A DNA stretch of 64,000 nucleotides, counting the filler, from Sphacelaria rigidula (Eukaryota), in the NCBI GenBank assembly GCA_964200075.2. It is 6 parts of 6 records of this genome, joined end to end, with 100 filler letters (N's around TTAATTAATTAA, not from the genome) between each part and the next. Parts side by side here need not be neighbours in the genome. Positions count along the whole stretch, not along the records: positions 21,395 to 31,990 come from CAXNAA020006222.1; positions 32,091 to 42,683 come from CAXNAA020006223.1; 4 more parts are not named here. One strand, 5' to 3'. The position numbers were made by a program, and so were the translations under genes. The notes under the pieces were generated by a model. That model was not told where the DNA came from, did not search any database, and saw only the letters and a program-made list of their open reading frames with translations. Shown here piece after piece: positions 27,088 to 38,589 of this stretch; the stretch's first letter is position 1, and each line of letters starts with the position of its first letter.

Positions 27088-27467
27088 TGTGTTGTTGTTG
27101 TTGTCGTTGTTGTTGTTGTTGTGTGTGTTGTCCTCCCATCTATTCTGGACGCCGGTCTACACCTTTCGGTACATGTGGGCGCACCAGCCGGGGTCACACA
27201 GGAGGGAGGCCAACAAGGGACTTTTTTTCCTTTCTTGCTCGTTTTAGTTCTCCACCTTCCCTCTGCACTTATCACCTTTATTTTTTATCGCGAAGAGAGG
27301 CTCAGCGGTCCCTTTCCCTCGTCGACCATTAAGTCGAATTCTGTGTACCCACGACATAGTTCGCTCTCCACTGTTGGGCACGGTGTGATAAAAAATCGCA
27401 GATCGCTCCGAGATTGGAACCCACGACCCAACCGTCAGAAGGTTTCGAGGTTACCAACTGAGCCACT
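27088..27467 (-). mobile_element. SINE family 1 copy with (CAA)n tail
   Basis: Box A TGGCTCAGTTGG, box B GGTTCCAATCTC; (gtt)n run at 27088-27130. Confidence 0.88.
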
Positions 27468-27504
27468 TGTACCAGCCAGTAAATTGCATTCTCGTGAACG
27501 AATT

Positions 27505-27698
27505 AGGGGCCTTGATCCGTGTCTCACCAGAAACATTTCGACTCGAAAAGGTGCTGTGGAATCGGATTCACTCAGAGCTGATACGGTCATGTTCTCCACC
27601 ATCTGAGTATCAAATAAATAACGTGGACGCATGAGATACGAGCAAATTCGATTCTACCGCACGTTTTCGACACGAGAAGAGTCGATAAGGCGCAGCCT
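27505..27698. mobile_element. Family H MITE, diverged copy
   Basis: Matches 61325-61514 and 61828-62038. Confidence 0.7.
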
Positions 27699-28498
27699 TG
27701 TGAACAAGTCAATTTTGCCCCCGGAACCTGAGATTTATTTCGGAAAGAAAAAGCATGCCTCCGACAAACATGGGAGCGGATACTTCAACCATGTCAGGCA
27801 ATGAATCAATTCAAAGCTGGCCACGGATTTCTCAGGGAACACAGCGTCGGGTTTTCTTTTCAGAAATTATTTTCCGTACAAGTCGGGGGGGGAGCGATTG
27901 CTTGATTGATGTGCTAAAACCCCAGACGCGGTCACAAGACAGATGCACTGTACCCATGGAGCACTTCCATAGCCGTCGATGCCTGTGTCTCGTGGACCCT
28001 TCCCTCACTCATGAGACAAATTAAAAAAAAAGTACGTCACACCCTGGACAACAACCATATTTGGTCAATAGATACAATAGACAAAAAGTGTACCGGGCAC
28101 AGTATAGAACCATTGCAACTAGTGTTCTTGTCGGTCGTCAATAGTTGCACTCCGTCCATACTTTACTTTATTGTTGTGTTGTTTATTGCATATATTGAGT
28201 TGATCTTCACGATACAGCGCCCCTCCTCGGTGACTCTCATGGTGGGTATAACTAACCCCATTGGCTCGATAAAACCTGCGTATGACCCGCCGCCATTTGC
28301 GTCCTTCTTGAAATTTTCTTGCAAGGCATCTCCTGTCTTTCGTGGAGCAAAGAGAGCGGGAGGATGTGAGGAGTAGGAAGAGCTCGTCTGAGACAGAACT
28401 CGTTTGAATGATTTTGTTTTGACGACAATCGACGCGGTGCGAGGGTAGAAGTCATTATCCAATCCGCGAGACCGAAAAGGCGAAATGGAGCAGCAGAC

Positions 28499-28529
28499 TT
28501 AGGGTTAGGGTTAGGGTTAAGGTTAGAGT
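28499..28529 (+). repeat. Interstitial telomere-like (TTAGGG)n tract
   Basis: ttagggttagggttagggttaaggttagag. Confidence 0.8.
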
Positions 28530-28689
28530 TGGCGAGATCCCCATAGCACCAACTATTGTTCACGGGTATTCCTTTAGGTGGCGACAAATGCTCAAATGGG
28601 GGCGTGTACCAGGGGAACGATGGGCATCCACAATGCATGTCGGTGGGATTTTTTCGAACGTCATTCACAACGCAAATCGATAGAATTCG

Positions 28690-28985
28690 GTGGTCGGGCC
28701 AATAATGATTCGTCTATGAATTTCTTGATTTGAGGAAAAATTTTCAGTGATTTGTGCTGAATCGATCGCTCCTTGGGCTTCTTGTTTTCAGCGTTGCCAC
28801 CCAGGTACGCGCACCTGAAGCACGCGGAATAGCGCAAAATTCGCTCAGAGACTTTGTTGACTCACGGTCAACTTTTCTCTCTCTCTTTCGAGCCGTCAGG
28901 CCTCGAAAGTCGTAGATTGGTGATTCCAACGGGCGATGATTCGTCCAACGCTTGATCTACATAACGTCTTCAAGATCTGCTGGCG
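28690..28985 (+). mobile_element. Diverged family A arm
   Basis: ggtcgggccaataatgattcgtct...cagcgttgccacccaggtacgcgca...gatgattcgtccaa. Confidence 0.7.
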
Positions 28986-29038
28986 TTCACAATGCATCTA
29001 CCTTTTTTTTTCTTCATTGGCATTTATTACAATGCATA

Positions 29039-30272
29039 CGAGCTGGGCCGGCCTAGACGCGGATTCAAGCTCTCGAAGCAATATCTCATCGACACAGACG
29101 AGTGCGGCCATGATCTGCGTATCGTATTAATCGTCTGATTATGGGGAAGATGTCCATGTGCTCAGAAGTCTGGGCCACTTTCTTCTCGTTGATTAAATTC
29201 CATGTCTAGTAATTCCTGTACCGTACGGAGATAGCGTCAATACTGAAGTCTACATATACTGAAGTCTACATGAAACCCCGAACAATATATACAGAGGACG
29301 ATGACGATATTTGGTGTGGACATTCCCTGGAGAACGGGGAACGTCAATACCTCCACTGTTGCCTACAATAGTTCGTTATCTGTCTCGAGATATGGCGCAC
29401 ATAAGCTACTGTACTAAAGTCAATATATTTCAAGCAGAGGCATTTACTGCACTAAACCTGGATATTGCGTCTCAGTTTTTGAGAGTTGTGCTTTGAAATT
29501 TTGTTTGGAGAATCGCTACGGCATATGAAAAAAAAATAATCGTTCTTCGTTTTTCTTCGTTTTTTTCTCTATTTTCTTTGTTTTTTCAGGGGAGTTTTGA
29601 GTAAAAATGGACAGTGCTCTCGTATTTGATCCCAGCTTTTCAGCTTAACTTTGACAGTTGGGATTTGAAACTTATCATGGAGGATTGCAAAGGCATGCCG
29701 GAAAAAAAAACGGGCTCTTCTCTTTTTCGTTTTCTTGGAGAGGTACGGGCCTTTTCGTGAAAATTTCGTGTATACTAAAGCATTCTAAGCAAGTGAAAAC
29801 ATATATACATATATATATTGACATTTCCCCCCTTTTTTGGTCGGTTATGGCCTACCGAGGTCCCACACAAAGATTCAAGGAAAAAGTACTAAACCTGGGC
29901 CGGTAAACGGCCTGGAAAATATTGTTCCAGATTTCGCCCGACCCGGTTTCTAAATTGCCCCATCTCACCTCAATTTTGCGAGTTAGACTTCGAAATTGGG
30001 TACGGAGGAAGAATAGGGCATGCTAAAACGCTGTCGTGCGGAACGCAAAGTTGTTTTTTTTTTCGTGAGTTAGCGGGATTTTCCTGGTATCTAGATACCC
30101 ATTATTGCCCTCAACTCACGAAAATAAAAAAATAAAAAAGTTTGCTTGCCGAACGACAGCGTTTTAGCATGCCCTACTCTTCCTCCCTACCGAATTTCAA
30201 AGTCGAACTCGCAAAATTGAGGTGAGATGGCGTCTGCAAACCACAAATTCGCGGCTTCGCCGGCTCAGCCTG
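29039..30272 (+). mobile_element. Family D non-autonomous TA-TSD (Tc1/mariner-type) element, about 1.23 kb, with internal hairpin
   Basis: TA|cgagctgggccggc...cggctcagcctg|TA (degenerate right TIR); internal inverted repeat at 29960-30230. Confidence 0.8.
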
Positions 30273-31526
30273 TAGCGATAGATTTTTCGAGGATCTCTTG
30301 GCATTCACAATGCATACCAATCGATTTATTCCAAGGGCTGGGTACGTACGGCCGGTGGAGTGCACTCGAATGCACTGCACGAAACTAGAAATAGCGAAGT
30401 GCATGGTGGAAGGTTCCTTCCTATCTCCTGGGGAAGAGAAGAAAAAAAAAAACGCCCCTTCCCGTTTGTGTCCCGCCCCCCGCCCCCCCACCCACGACTC
30501 AAGTGTTAGTCATACCGGAGTAGGAGTCGCATACTTCTGCCCGGGTTTCCTTTTCTCCAGGCTTTCTGCTTCCCGCTTTACACCACTCATTTCCTTCTGC
30601 TCCACGCACACATACAAAACGCGCGCGATTGGCGATAATGCGGCAAAGGCACGGAACAACAACAAATAAAAGATATGGAAAGAAGAAAAAAAATAGTGAT
30701 TTCATTCCTCTCAAAACAGTCAACACATTTTAAGTTCACTGTACAATAAAAAAGAAAACAACGGGAAAACTACTACATGATCGCTGCTATTATATGACAG
30801 TGTTCGCTTATACCTGAGCACTTTAAGACGATTTCAAGGAGAACTTGATAAAAAAAACGAAAGCTAGTTACTATATATGGTTGAACGCAAAATACGTACA
30901 CACGTGGTGGGGGCAGAGAGTCGGTGATGACAATCATGATAATCTTGATTGTTGGGTTATGATTGGGGTTGCGGTGACCACTTCGCATTATACATGTATC
31001 GGCCAAGTATTACTCAACCATTGAAAACGGGGGCTTCAACAGCGCTCGGACAGTTTAAAACATAGCTCCGGTAGCAGCGATGTGTAAACTGCCCCGCAAT
31101 GCAACCATCTGACTGGCCGAAACGCCAGGATACCTGGAACATGGCTAGAAGCCCAGCAGGTGTACCTGATTTTGTCCATCTTTTCCCCACCCAGCTATAC
31201 CTGCCCGCAATGGAGTACCCGAAAGTGGCGAGATCGATGCATGCCGGTATTTCGCTCGACGAGTGCAACAACACACTCCGCTGATTGAAGCAACCATCTT
31301 CTGCTTCTCTTCGCCTGACGTTTTGTCACTACGCAAACGCGACACTTGCGGGGGTTCGCCTGACATCCCTTCAAACTGAACCTAGGAGTGTACGGGAGGC
31401 AACACACGCAGCTCTTTGCCGAATACGCTTCGTTCTTACTCAAACAGAAAAAAAACTTGGCGCTTGTGACCGGATATGCCCAATAGCAGAGTTACGCTTG
31501 ACACTCGTGAGGCTCCTCGTGATCAA

Positions 31527-31529
31527 TTG

Positions 31530-31577
<48 letters not shown>

Positions 31578-31625
31578 CGCACACCAACTGATGCTCGAGG
31601 GACCTCACCGGGGTCATGATCCATT
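31527..31625 (-). mobile_element. Retroposon 3' end with long (AATC)n tail
   Basis: (gatt)n gtcgcac...ggggtcatgatcca. Confidence 0.7.
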
Positions 31626-31890
31626 ATTCGCAAGATAAATGTGTACCCAAGGTAAAACATGAACAAAAAACAACGGGAACGCTCGCTGAAGGAATAAATA
31701 CCATGATCGACGTGCCGAGGAAAACTCGGGACAGTTGAAGAAAAAATCGCGCGAAAGATCAGAAGAAACAACAAACGGAATAAAATAGTTTCCAACTGTA
31801 GGCGGGGAGGGAGGGGGGGGGGAGAGATCTAGGCCTGAAGCTCATGAGAACATGCCGGTGCGTGTACTACGCCAAGTTAATAGTGGGTTG

Positions 31891-31990
31891 CAAGGGTCGG
31901 ACAAATAATGATTCGTCTGGAAATTACTTGGATTTGGTATAATTGATTCAAATCGTCTTTATCAATCCCTAGGCCTTGTTTTCAGCGTTG
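31891..31990 (+). mobile_element. Family A terminus truncated by the contig end
   Basis: caagggtcggacaaataatgattcgtctgga...cagcgttg, then the linker. Confidence 0.85.
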
Positions 31991-32876
31991 NNNNNNNNNN
32001 NNNNNNNNNNNNNNNNNNNNNNNNNNNNNNNNNNTTAATTAATTAANNNNNNNNNNNNNNNNNNNNNNNNNNNNNNNNNNNNNNNNNNNNGATAGCTCCG
32101 TGCCTGTTGTGTCGCAGAGGGTGATCTTGCCCGTTTGTCGTGAATATTTCGGTGATTCCCTCACTTCCACTTCGGCCATATTTTGACGACAACGCCACGG
32201 TCCCACTGCCCAACTTTATTTGTGAAACTATATCAAGATGGACAAGATACTTCTGTTCAGATTTAAAAAAAAGTGTACTGCGCAGAGTACTGAAATCTGT
32301 TGTCGAGTACAGCTGCAAGACGGTCGGGTTACAAAAATCTGGACCTGCGACAGGTGGTATTACCCGTAGACATGAACGGCAGCAGGAGCGGCTGGGTACA
32401 TGTTGTGGTAAACTGCGGAAGACAGGTGGAAATCACTGCAGGGCAGAGATATACCAAGGGTGTTACGTTCTGCGGTGTGCCATATCACCTTGCACGTTGC
32501 TGCTGTGCATTGAGCACGTTGTGCAGCTACAGGCGTCACTGATGCGGGTGGTGCGCAGTCTCTACCGCAGGCGGCCCGCAGTATATATTATGCTGTACTG
32601 TATCACTTGTGTTCAGACCAGTGCAGACGGGGTGGGGCCCGCATGTACATGATCCTTCACGAACCTCGTCGTGCACTACCGATCCGGCACGTTTTCCCGG
32701 TAGAAATCGCTTGCAATCTATGCTGTTACATAACTCGCAAGCGATGCAGCTTTCTTCACGTCCGCACACCGCCCGTGAGGCGAGCTCTTGATGGTGGAAT
32801 TGCCCGCCCCTCTTCCCGTGATGATCTCCAGCCTTGGTCTCAAACAATTGAAACCTTCGGAATATGACAATAACTA

Positions 32877-33811
32877 CCGTAAGTTGCTCTGTGATCGCAC
32901 AGGGGTGCGATCGATTTTTAAATGTTTTCGTTTATTTTTTCCGCACAGGGAAGCGTTCTCACGACCCCTATGCGAAGACCACGCCCCCTGTGCGAAAATC
33001 GAATTAAATCATTTGGTACTGCTTTTCTATCGCACCCCCCTGTGCCATCTCAACGACATGTGCGATATTGAGTAAACAATTTCGATGACACAAGGATCTT
33101 TGAACGCACACCCTGTGCGATAACCCCGCCATGTGCGATACTGAGTAAATCTTCGCCGGTGTGAAGGAACAATCTTCGACAGTTCTGCCGTAGGAACAAG
33201 GTCTGAAGATGCCTGAAACATAGCAAGTACACACGGCCACACAGCCACAGCACGACAACATCAAGCACACCGCACGAGCCTACGGTAGCTGTCGTGGTAC
33301 CGGTATACCGTTACACGAAATGTCGAAGAGAGAGCCGAGATTGATTGCAAGGAATATCGTTCGGTGCCAGTACGCGTTTGCTTTCGGGCTTCGTTCTTTC
33401 CGTCGGTGTTGGCGTTTGGTGATAGGTTTCGGCTTTCATCCCAGGTGCACGACGAGAACTTGAGTAAAATAAATTGAAAAAGAAAACCACTCCGTATGTT
33501 TTTTGTGCCTGCACTGCCACACCGCAGTGCGTAGTCCAGACAAGCCCCACAACGACCAGTGGGATGAAGACAAAAATCGTGGCAACTCAGGCTGTCTGCC
33601 CCTAAGACCCATCCGCGCGCACGCGTCCTCACGCCCGGAAGGTGGCTGAGACGCATTTCATCCTTGAGATCGCACCCCTGTGTAAAAACAACGCCCCCTG
33701 TTCGAAAAACCAATCAAATCATTTCCAACCGTATTTTTGATCGCACAGGGGTGCGTTCTCACGGCCCCTGTGCAAAATTCACGCCCTGTGCGATCACAGA
33801 GCGACTTACGG
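32877..33811. mobile_element. TA-TSD non-autonomous DNA transposon (pogo/Tc1-like CCGTA termini) with subterminal repeats
   Basis: TA|ccgtaagttgctctgtgatcgcacaggg...ccctgtgcgatcacagagcgacttacgg|TA; many CCCTGTGCGA-type motifs in both arms. Confidence 0.9.
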
Positions 33812-34189
33812 TACTGGAAGTTACACATCTTGCACCCTAATCCCTCCATATGATCGAAAAGGAAGAACACTGACACAGCGTGGACAACGTGGACACGGCT
33901 TTGACAAATGAGCCATGACTAACACCCATGGGAGATTTGTCATATCATATGCTCTTTGAATGAGTGTCCAAAACCAACCCACGACAAAGCCAACTTCAAA
34001 TCGAAATGTTGCACACGAAACAGCGGCCAGGCGCACTTGAAAGCAATCCACAGCTGGGCAGTGAAGAAAGCATCTTGTCGTAGGGCAAAAGACCACAAGC
34101 CTGCGGCGATAAACTCTTTGCTCGATATTGACGAGCAAACAATCGTATTGTGTTCTTGGTCAGCCAAGCACCGCGTATGCTTGATTGTG

Positions 34190-35035
34190 CGAGCTGGGCC
34201 AGCCTAGAGGCTGCATGAAAGTTTGCAGGCGGATGCGCCGGGCAATATTTGAGGTTAGACCCTGAACTTCGGTATGGATAATGCGCAGGGCATAACAAAA
34301 AGTCGGGAAGAAGCACATGAAGTTTTTTATTTTGTGAGTTAAGGGCGTGTTGCTGAAACCTGCAAACTGATTATTGCCCTTAACTCACGAAAAACAAAAA
34401 CCTTCATATGCTTCTTCCCGTTTTCATATTATGCTCCATGCATTGTCCATACCAAATTTCAGGGTCTAACTCTAAATATTGCCCGGCGCATTCGCCTTTT
34501 AAGAATCGGATCGGAAGAAATTCGGAACAGTATTTCGCAGGCCACTCGCCGGCCCACGTTCGGTTGTTGTGAATTGAAATTTTGTGTGGGCCCTCGTCAG
34601 CGCATAAGTAACAAAACTCAGTGGTCCATTTTTTTTAATTCATTTTCCCACTGGTTGAGGGCGTTTTGGAATAGTGAAGACCATTTCTTCAGGATAACGC
34701 CCTTACCTCTATGAAAAAAAAAATGAAGAACCGTTTTGTTTTTATCCGGCACTCTTTCGTGGCCCTCCATGCTAACTTTGAAATCAAAATTCTAAAACTT
34801 GAGCTTGAACATTGAGATAAGGCCTAACAGCGATGTACACTTCTCCTCAAAACTCCACTAAAAACACGAAAAAAAATGAAAAAAAATGAAAAAAATCAAG
34901 AGGTAACAAGCTGTTTTTATTTCCTTCTATTATCCACTAGGGGTTCACCACACGAAATTTTATGGAACAACTCTCAAAACCTATGACGCGATATCCAGAT
35001 TCAGGGCATCTAGTGCCTCTGCTCGTAATATTTTG
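34190..35035 (-). mobile_element. Family D copy, inverted and truncated
   Basis: Starts cgagctgggccagcctagag; hairpin at about 34226-34497; reverse-complement match to 43080-43929. Confidence 0.85.
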
Positions 35036-35130
35036 CTGAGCTGGGCATTTGCGCCGGTGTCATAGTAATGCAGTAGCAAAGCAAACCACAACCCTAAGGG
35101 AGGGATGTTAGAGAGCTGTCCTGAATCCAG

Positions 35131-35334
35131 GAGTCATCCTACGATAGGGGGGGGGTATTTGGTTGCCCGAAAAACGAGGTTCATAAGTGTGTCAGACATC
35201 CTTAGACACTTGCGTTGCGCTTGATTTTGGTTCCAAACGGTGTCAGGCAGTGTGGATGAGCATTATCGATCCACAACAAGCTTGTTCGAACAAATGGCCC
35301 AAAATACCCCCCCCCTCCTATCGTAGGATGACTC
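35131..35334. mobile_element. Family C MITE, TIR GAGTCATCCTACGATAG-(G)n, 4-bp TSD CCAG
   Basis: ccag|gagtcatcctacgataggggg...cctatcgtaggatgactc|ccag. Confidence 0.92.
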
Positions 35335-37339
35335 CCAGTTCGTTAAAAAGGCAGGAGTCTTTCAGCTCAGGCACCTAAATATCGACAGCTTTTTGAGAAA
35401 TTACACCCGATGTCTCTCTTGTAACTACAATCGATCGATAAGAATGTGAGCGAGGGATTATGGGACACACGCGACTTCGATGACTCTCGTTGTTTAAATT
35501 GCGGACTTATAGACCCAGTGGACGGCAGGTGTCAGTAGTGTAGGGGATAGATGAAAGGCTCACATTGGCGTTCTACGTTCCCATATCCAAAAGATGTCGG
35601 CTGTTGAGTCGATGAAGACGAGTAACAGCTGGGGGGCGATGGGGGGTTGCTTGCCAAACCTTTGCCCCGCCTCGCGTACAACACTGTCAGATTACAAAGT
35701 CAGCCTGACGCGTCGTGCTTCTGGCCCATCAAGTCGTAAGCAGGAGCGTGCCCATACGGCTAATCATGTACATAATATATCCCATCTTCAAACTTGAACA
35801 AAAGTGCAACTACAGCAGCCGTACTGCTGAATCAACCAAACGTATACCCTATTTCTACTTTACACAAGCACACATTCGACTAGGATCCTCTTTTCTTACT
35901 CGCCGGCCGTTTCTGAGAACGATCGTCATCTCCAGGGTACCAGTTTAATTCCCGCGCGCCGTCATGTACCATTATATCAGTCCATCCTGGCTCGTGACAA
36001 GTGTACTTCCTTTTCAGAAGGAACGAATTTGTAGCGAGACACACCACTTCCACTCTACAAAAAAATTAGACTCATTTAAAAGTCCAAGTAATCTTCGGTA
36101 CGGGGAACGATAAGGTTTGACCAACACAGAAAAACAAAAAGCGAAAACAAAAAAGCAATCAAACCGATACACAAAAATGCAGCTTCCTCAAATGCCGTGA
36201 GCATTCCAGGGGGGATCGTAGGAGATCAAAAATAAAAAACAAAACAAAAAGAACAGTCAGACCGATCTACAAAAAATGCAGTGTCAAATGCCGTCAGCAT
36301 TTTAGGGAGAATGATATGAAAACCGAGGCCTATCATCGACACGATCATCATACACTGCCATAGCTATGTCATACTTAGAAAATTTCACTCTTTCCCGGAA
36401 TTCCGGAGTTTTCAGTTTCATTCGTGCAAAAAATACAAGCAGGCAAGCCCGCCAAGGCATTATATTATCACTCCAATAATCAGTTTATGCTAATCGCTCG
36501 TTTCTGTCAATGAGCAAAATCAACATCGTACAGCTGATTCGTCACGGAAAAGATAGTTTTCCGCAAGAATCATACGTTGAAAAAACGAAATACTTATGAT
36601 ACGGACAAGCTGACTCGATTACCGTGAGTTAATTGTCGGTACATGTTTGTGAGAGTGCAACGTCTTGCTAAATACGCCGGGGTAATGATCCAGTCGTACA
36701 GCATTGTTTTTGTTTTTTCACTCACACGACAAACGGAAACAGCCGGCCGGTTTGAGAGGTCGGGTATTCGTATATGTCAAAAGAAACGCAATTGAGTTAT
36801 ACACAATCATCGGAGATGAATCCGAGGCGGATCATCCAACACGTTTCTGAACCACGACAAACACACGGAGAGACAGAGCCAACGCAGTCCAGTTCTCACG
36901 GTACTTGTCCGTTAGGACAAAACCGAGGTGGGTGCGCACACAAACTAGAGGAAAAACCCCAGTCGGGCGCAACGTCACGTCACCTCGTCATTAACGATCC
37001 CTGATGAAAACAAAACACTACCACCCTGATTTCAGAGGCGGGTAACCGTACGCAACAACTGATGTAGGCAGTGATGAGAAAAATAGCGAGTAGCGGACTC
37101 TGAGCCTGTGGGCTGTACCCATGGTCGAAACATCGACATGGCGGAACGGTCGGTCCCAAAAGAGCAATCTGTCCTAGAATGATACGTAATGGTCCTGTAT
37201 GAGGAGACATTTGCAACGAAATATACCACGACTTCAATGACAATCCATCGACATCGTTATGTACGACACGATCAATGGTGACCACGCTGTATTTTATCAA
37301 TCACCAAAGCATAAATCGTTTAGTTGCGTCCCGTTTCAC

Positions 37340-38130
37340 GTGACCCTTCCTATAAACAAGGTCGGTCGCACGTGTGCAGGACTCGCAGACAAGTGGCCCA
37401 AGTGTTCTGGACTCGAGGTTCAGGAACGGTGGAACGCTCATTGCGAAATTCCCAAGATATAGACACGGAAACAAAAATCGAAAACAAATACGAAAAAAAG
37501 TACCCTTGGCAAGAGCGAAGACAAAATAAACGTAAAATCAAGCAGAAAAATAACACGTGGCGACCGTCCCTGTACACGGAAGCGGCTTTCCCGTGTACGA
37601 AGCAAGTAGGGTCAAGTGTTTCAGCTGAGAAGGTCAAAACATTTTGCACTCTTGACCCCGGTTGCTACCGTCTATGTAAACATAAAAACCAACGTGGAAC
37701 GCACACAAAAAAAAGACACGTTACGACTGATCCCGAAGACGGACACGGTATTTCGTGTACGGAGCGATTGGACAAGAGCGCAAGTATTCCAGACTGGGGG
37801 GTCAGGTATGTCTAGCGCTCGCTCCGGAAACTCTCGACCGATAAAACAAACAACAAAAGAAAATGGAACTATAAACAAAACAAAAAAAAAATTGCGCAGA
37901 ACGACGAAAGGAAAGAAAATAACTCGGGGCAACCGTTCCAGTATACGGAATGGTCGTGAGTGTACGGCGCGGAGGACGAAGGTTCAAGTGCTCCAGACTC
38001 GGGATCACGAATATTTGTGGAACGGTCGTCACGGAATACTCCAACATATGAACCCAGAAATACCCCAAAATATATATATCAAACACAAAAGATCAAATAC
38101 AAACACGGAACGAGAAAAAATGGAACACAA
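37340..38130. repeat. Degenerate tandem array, about 4 units of roughly 170-210 bp with A-rich spacers
   Basis: Recurring gtgtacg...caagtg(t/c)t...gact(c/g)g motif near 37403, 37615, 37784 and 37988. Confidence 0.5.
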
Positions 38131-38132
38131 AA

Positions 38133-38380
38133 GAGTCATCCTACGATAGGGGGGGGGGTATTTTGAGCCATTTGTTGCTCCAAATTTCGAGTCAGGTCGT
38201 TGAAAGCAGCAACGGTTGTTCGAACAAGCTTTTTGTGGATCAATAACGCTCATCCATACCGTCTGACACCATTTGGAACCAAAAACAAGCGCAACGCGAG
38301 TGTGGAAGGATGTCTGACACACTCATGAGCCTCGTTTTTCGGGCAACCAACTACCCCCCCCCCCTATCGTAGGATGACCC
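38133..38380. mobile_element. Family C MITE, second (inverted) copy
   Basis: caaaa|gagtcatcctacgataggggg...cctatcgtaggatgaccc|caaaa; the interior is the reverse complement of 35131-35334 plus an extra segment. Confidence 0.9.
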
Positions 38381-38589
38381 CAAAAAAAAAACAGAAGCAA
38401 AACACAAAGAGAAGGTCCAAAGCCAAACAAATGAATACAAAATACAAAATACAACCACTAAAGGAACGGGGGCTACAGCAGGACGGGAAGAAAATGAAGG
38501 GGGGGAAGGGGGGAACAAATGGTTTTCCAACGACGCTACGGCGCAAGACAAGCCATTCGAACATGGTACACTACACAAGGTGAGTGGGG

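Noticed and set aside
32650..32832. Smr-domain-like LEIITGRG peptide on the minus strand
   Set aside because: A single short motif with downstream stops; insufficient support.
37340..38130. CRISPR-like repeat/spacer array
   Set aside because: Repeats are long and highly diverged, the context is eukaryotic, and there are no cas genes.
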